Assembly: GCA_976226885.1 (NCBI GenBank)
Contig: OZ320313.1
Span: forward strand, 58,280,001 to 58,344,000
Length of the DNA: 64,000 bases
Reading direction: 5' to 3'
Origin: Iphione sp. A-MEVVRFRX5
Taxonomy: Eukaryota
The notes under the pieces were generated by a model. It saw only the letters and a program-made list of their open reading frames with translations, made no database searches and was not told the DNA's origin. The translations under genes were made by a program, and so were the position numbers. Positions 63,801 through 64,000 of the stretch are shown here, in pieces (within the stretch, counting starts at the first letter, position 1; every line of letters begins with the position of its first letter).

Positions 63801-64000
63801 TATTTAATCACGCACATAAACGCGGACGTCAGGCATCCCCGAATGAATCAAGCCGCCACAAGTGCGCATGGTAATTTCAGGCAGAAATAATTGCAAACAT
63901 TGTAATAACAAGGTGCCTACATGGGATGTTTGCCGGTGTTCAATAGGGCATCTTTACTAAGAAATCGGCAAAGACAGATCACCAACGCTCAATTAAAGTA

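Overview
Eukaryotic, intron-rich animal DNA. It is probably from a marine invertebrate (AT-rich introns, GC-rich exons, GT-AG splicing, frequent TACATGTA); the species cannot be fixed from sequence alone. Three partial plus-strand genes are supported. (1) The 3' part of a single-pass membrane protein (exons about 6058-11870) with a long Ser/Gly/Pro-rich, Tyr-motif-bearing cytoplasmic tail and a likely extra terminal exon that the ORF track misses. (2) A signal-peptide gene with an EGF and a calcium-binding EGF exon (16881-22032) whose downstream exons I could not find. (3) The 5' end of a signal-peptide gene with a TNFR-like Cys-rich module (60632-60824), preceded by a promoter-like region and a possible spliced upstream ORF. 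Also present: TIR-bounded MITEs with target-site duplications, microsatellites, a tRNA-derived fragment and a strong CTCF-like site. The middle (about 29-51 kb) holds no intact gene but many stop-interrupted reading frames, and it lacks the TACATGTA motif common elsewhere. It may be an old decayed viral or transposon block, but I could not identify its proteins. No CRISPR array, rRNA or prokaryotic system was found, and I cannot demonstrate a novel system here; the leads below need homology searches.
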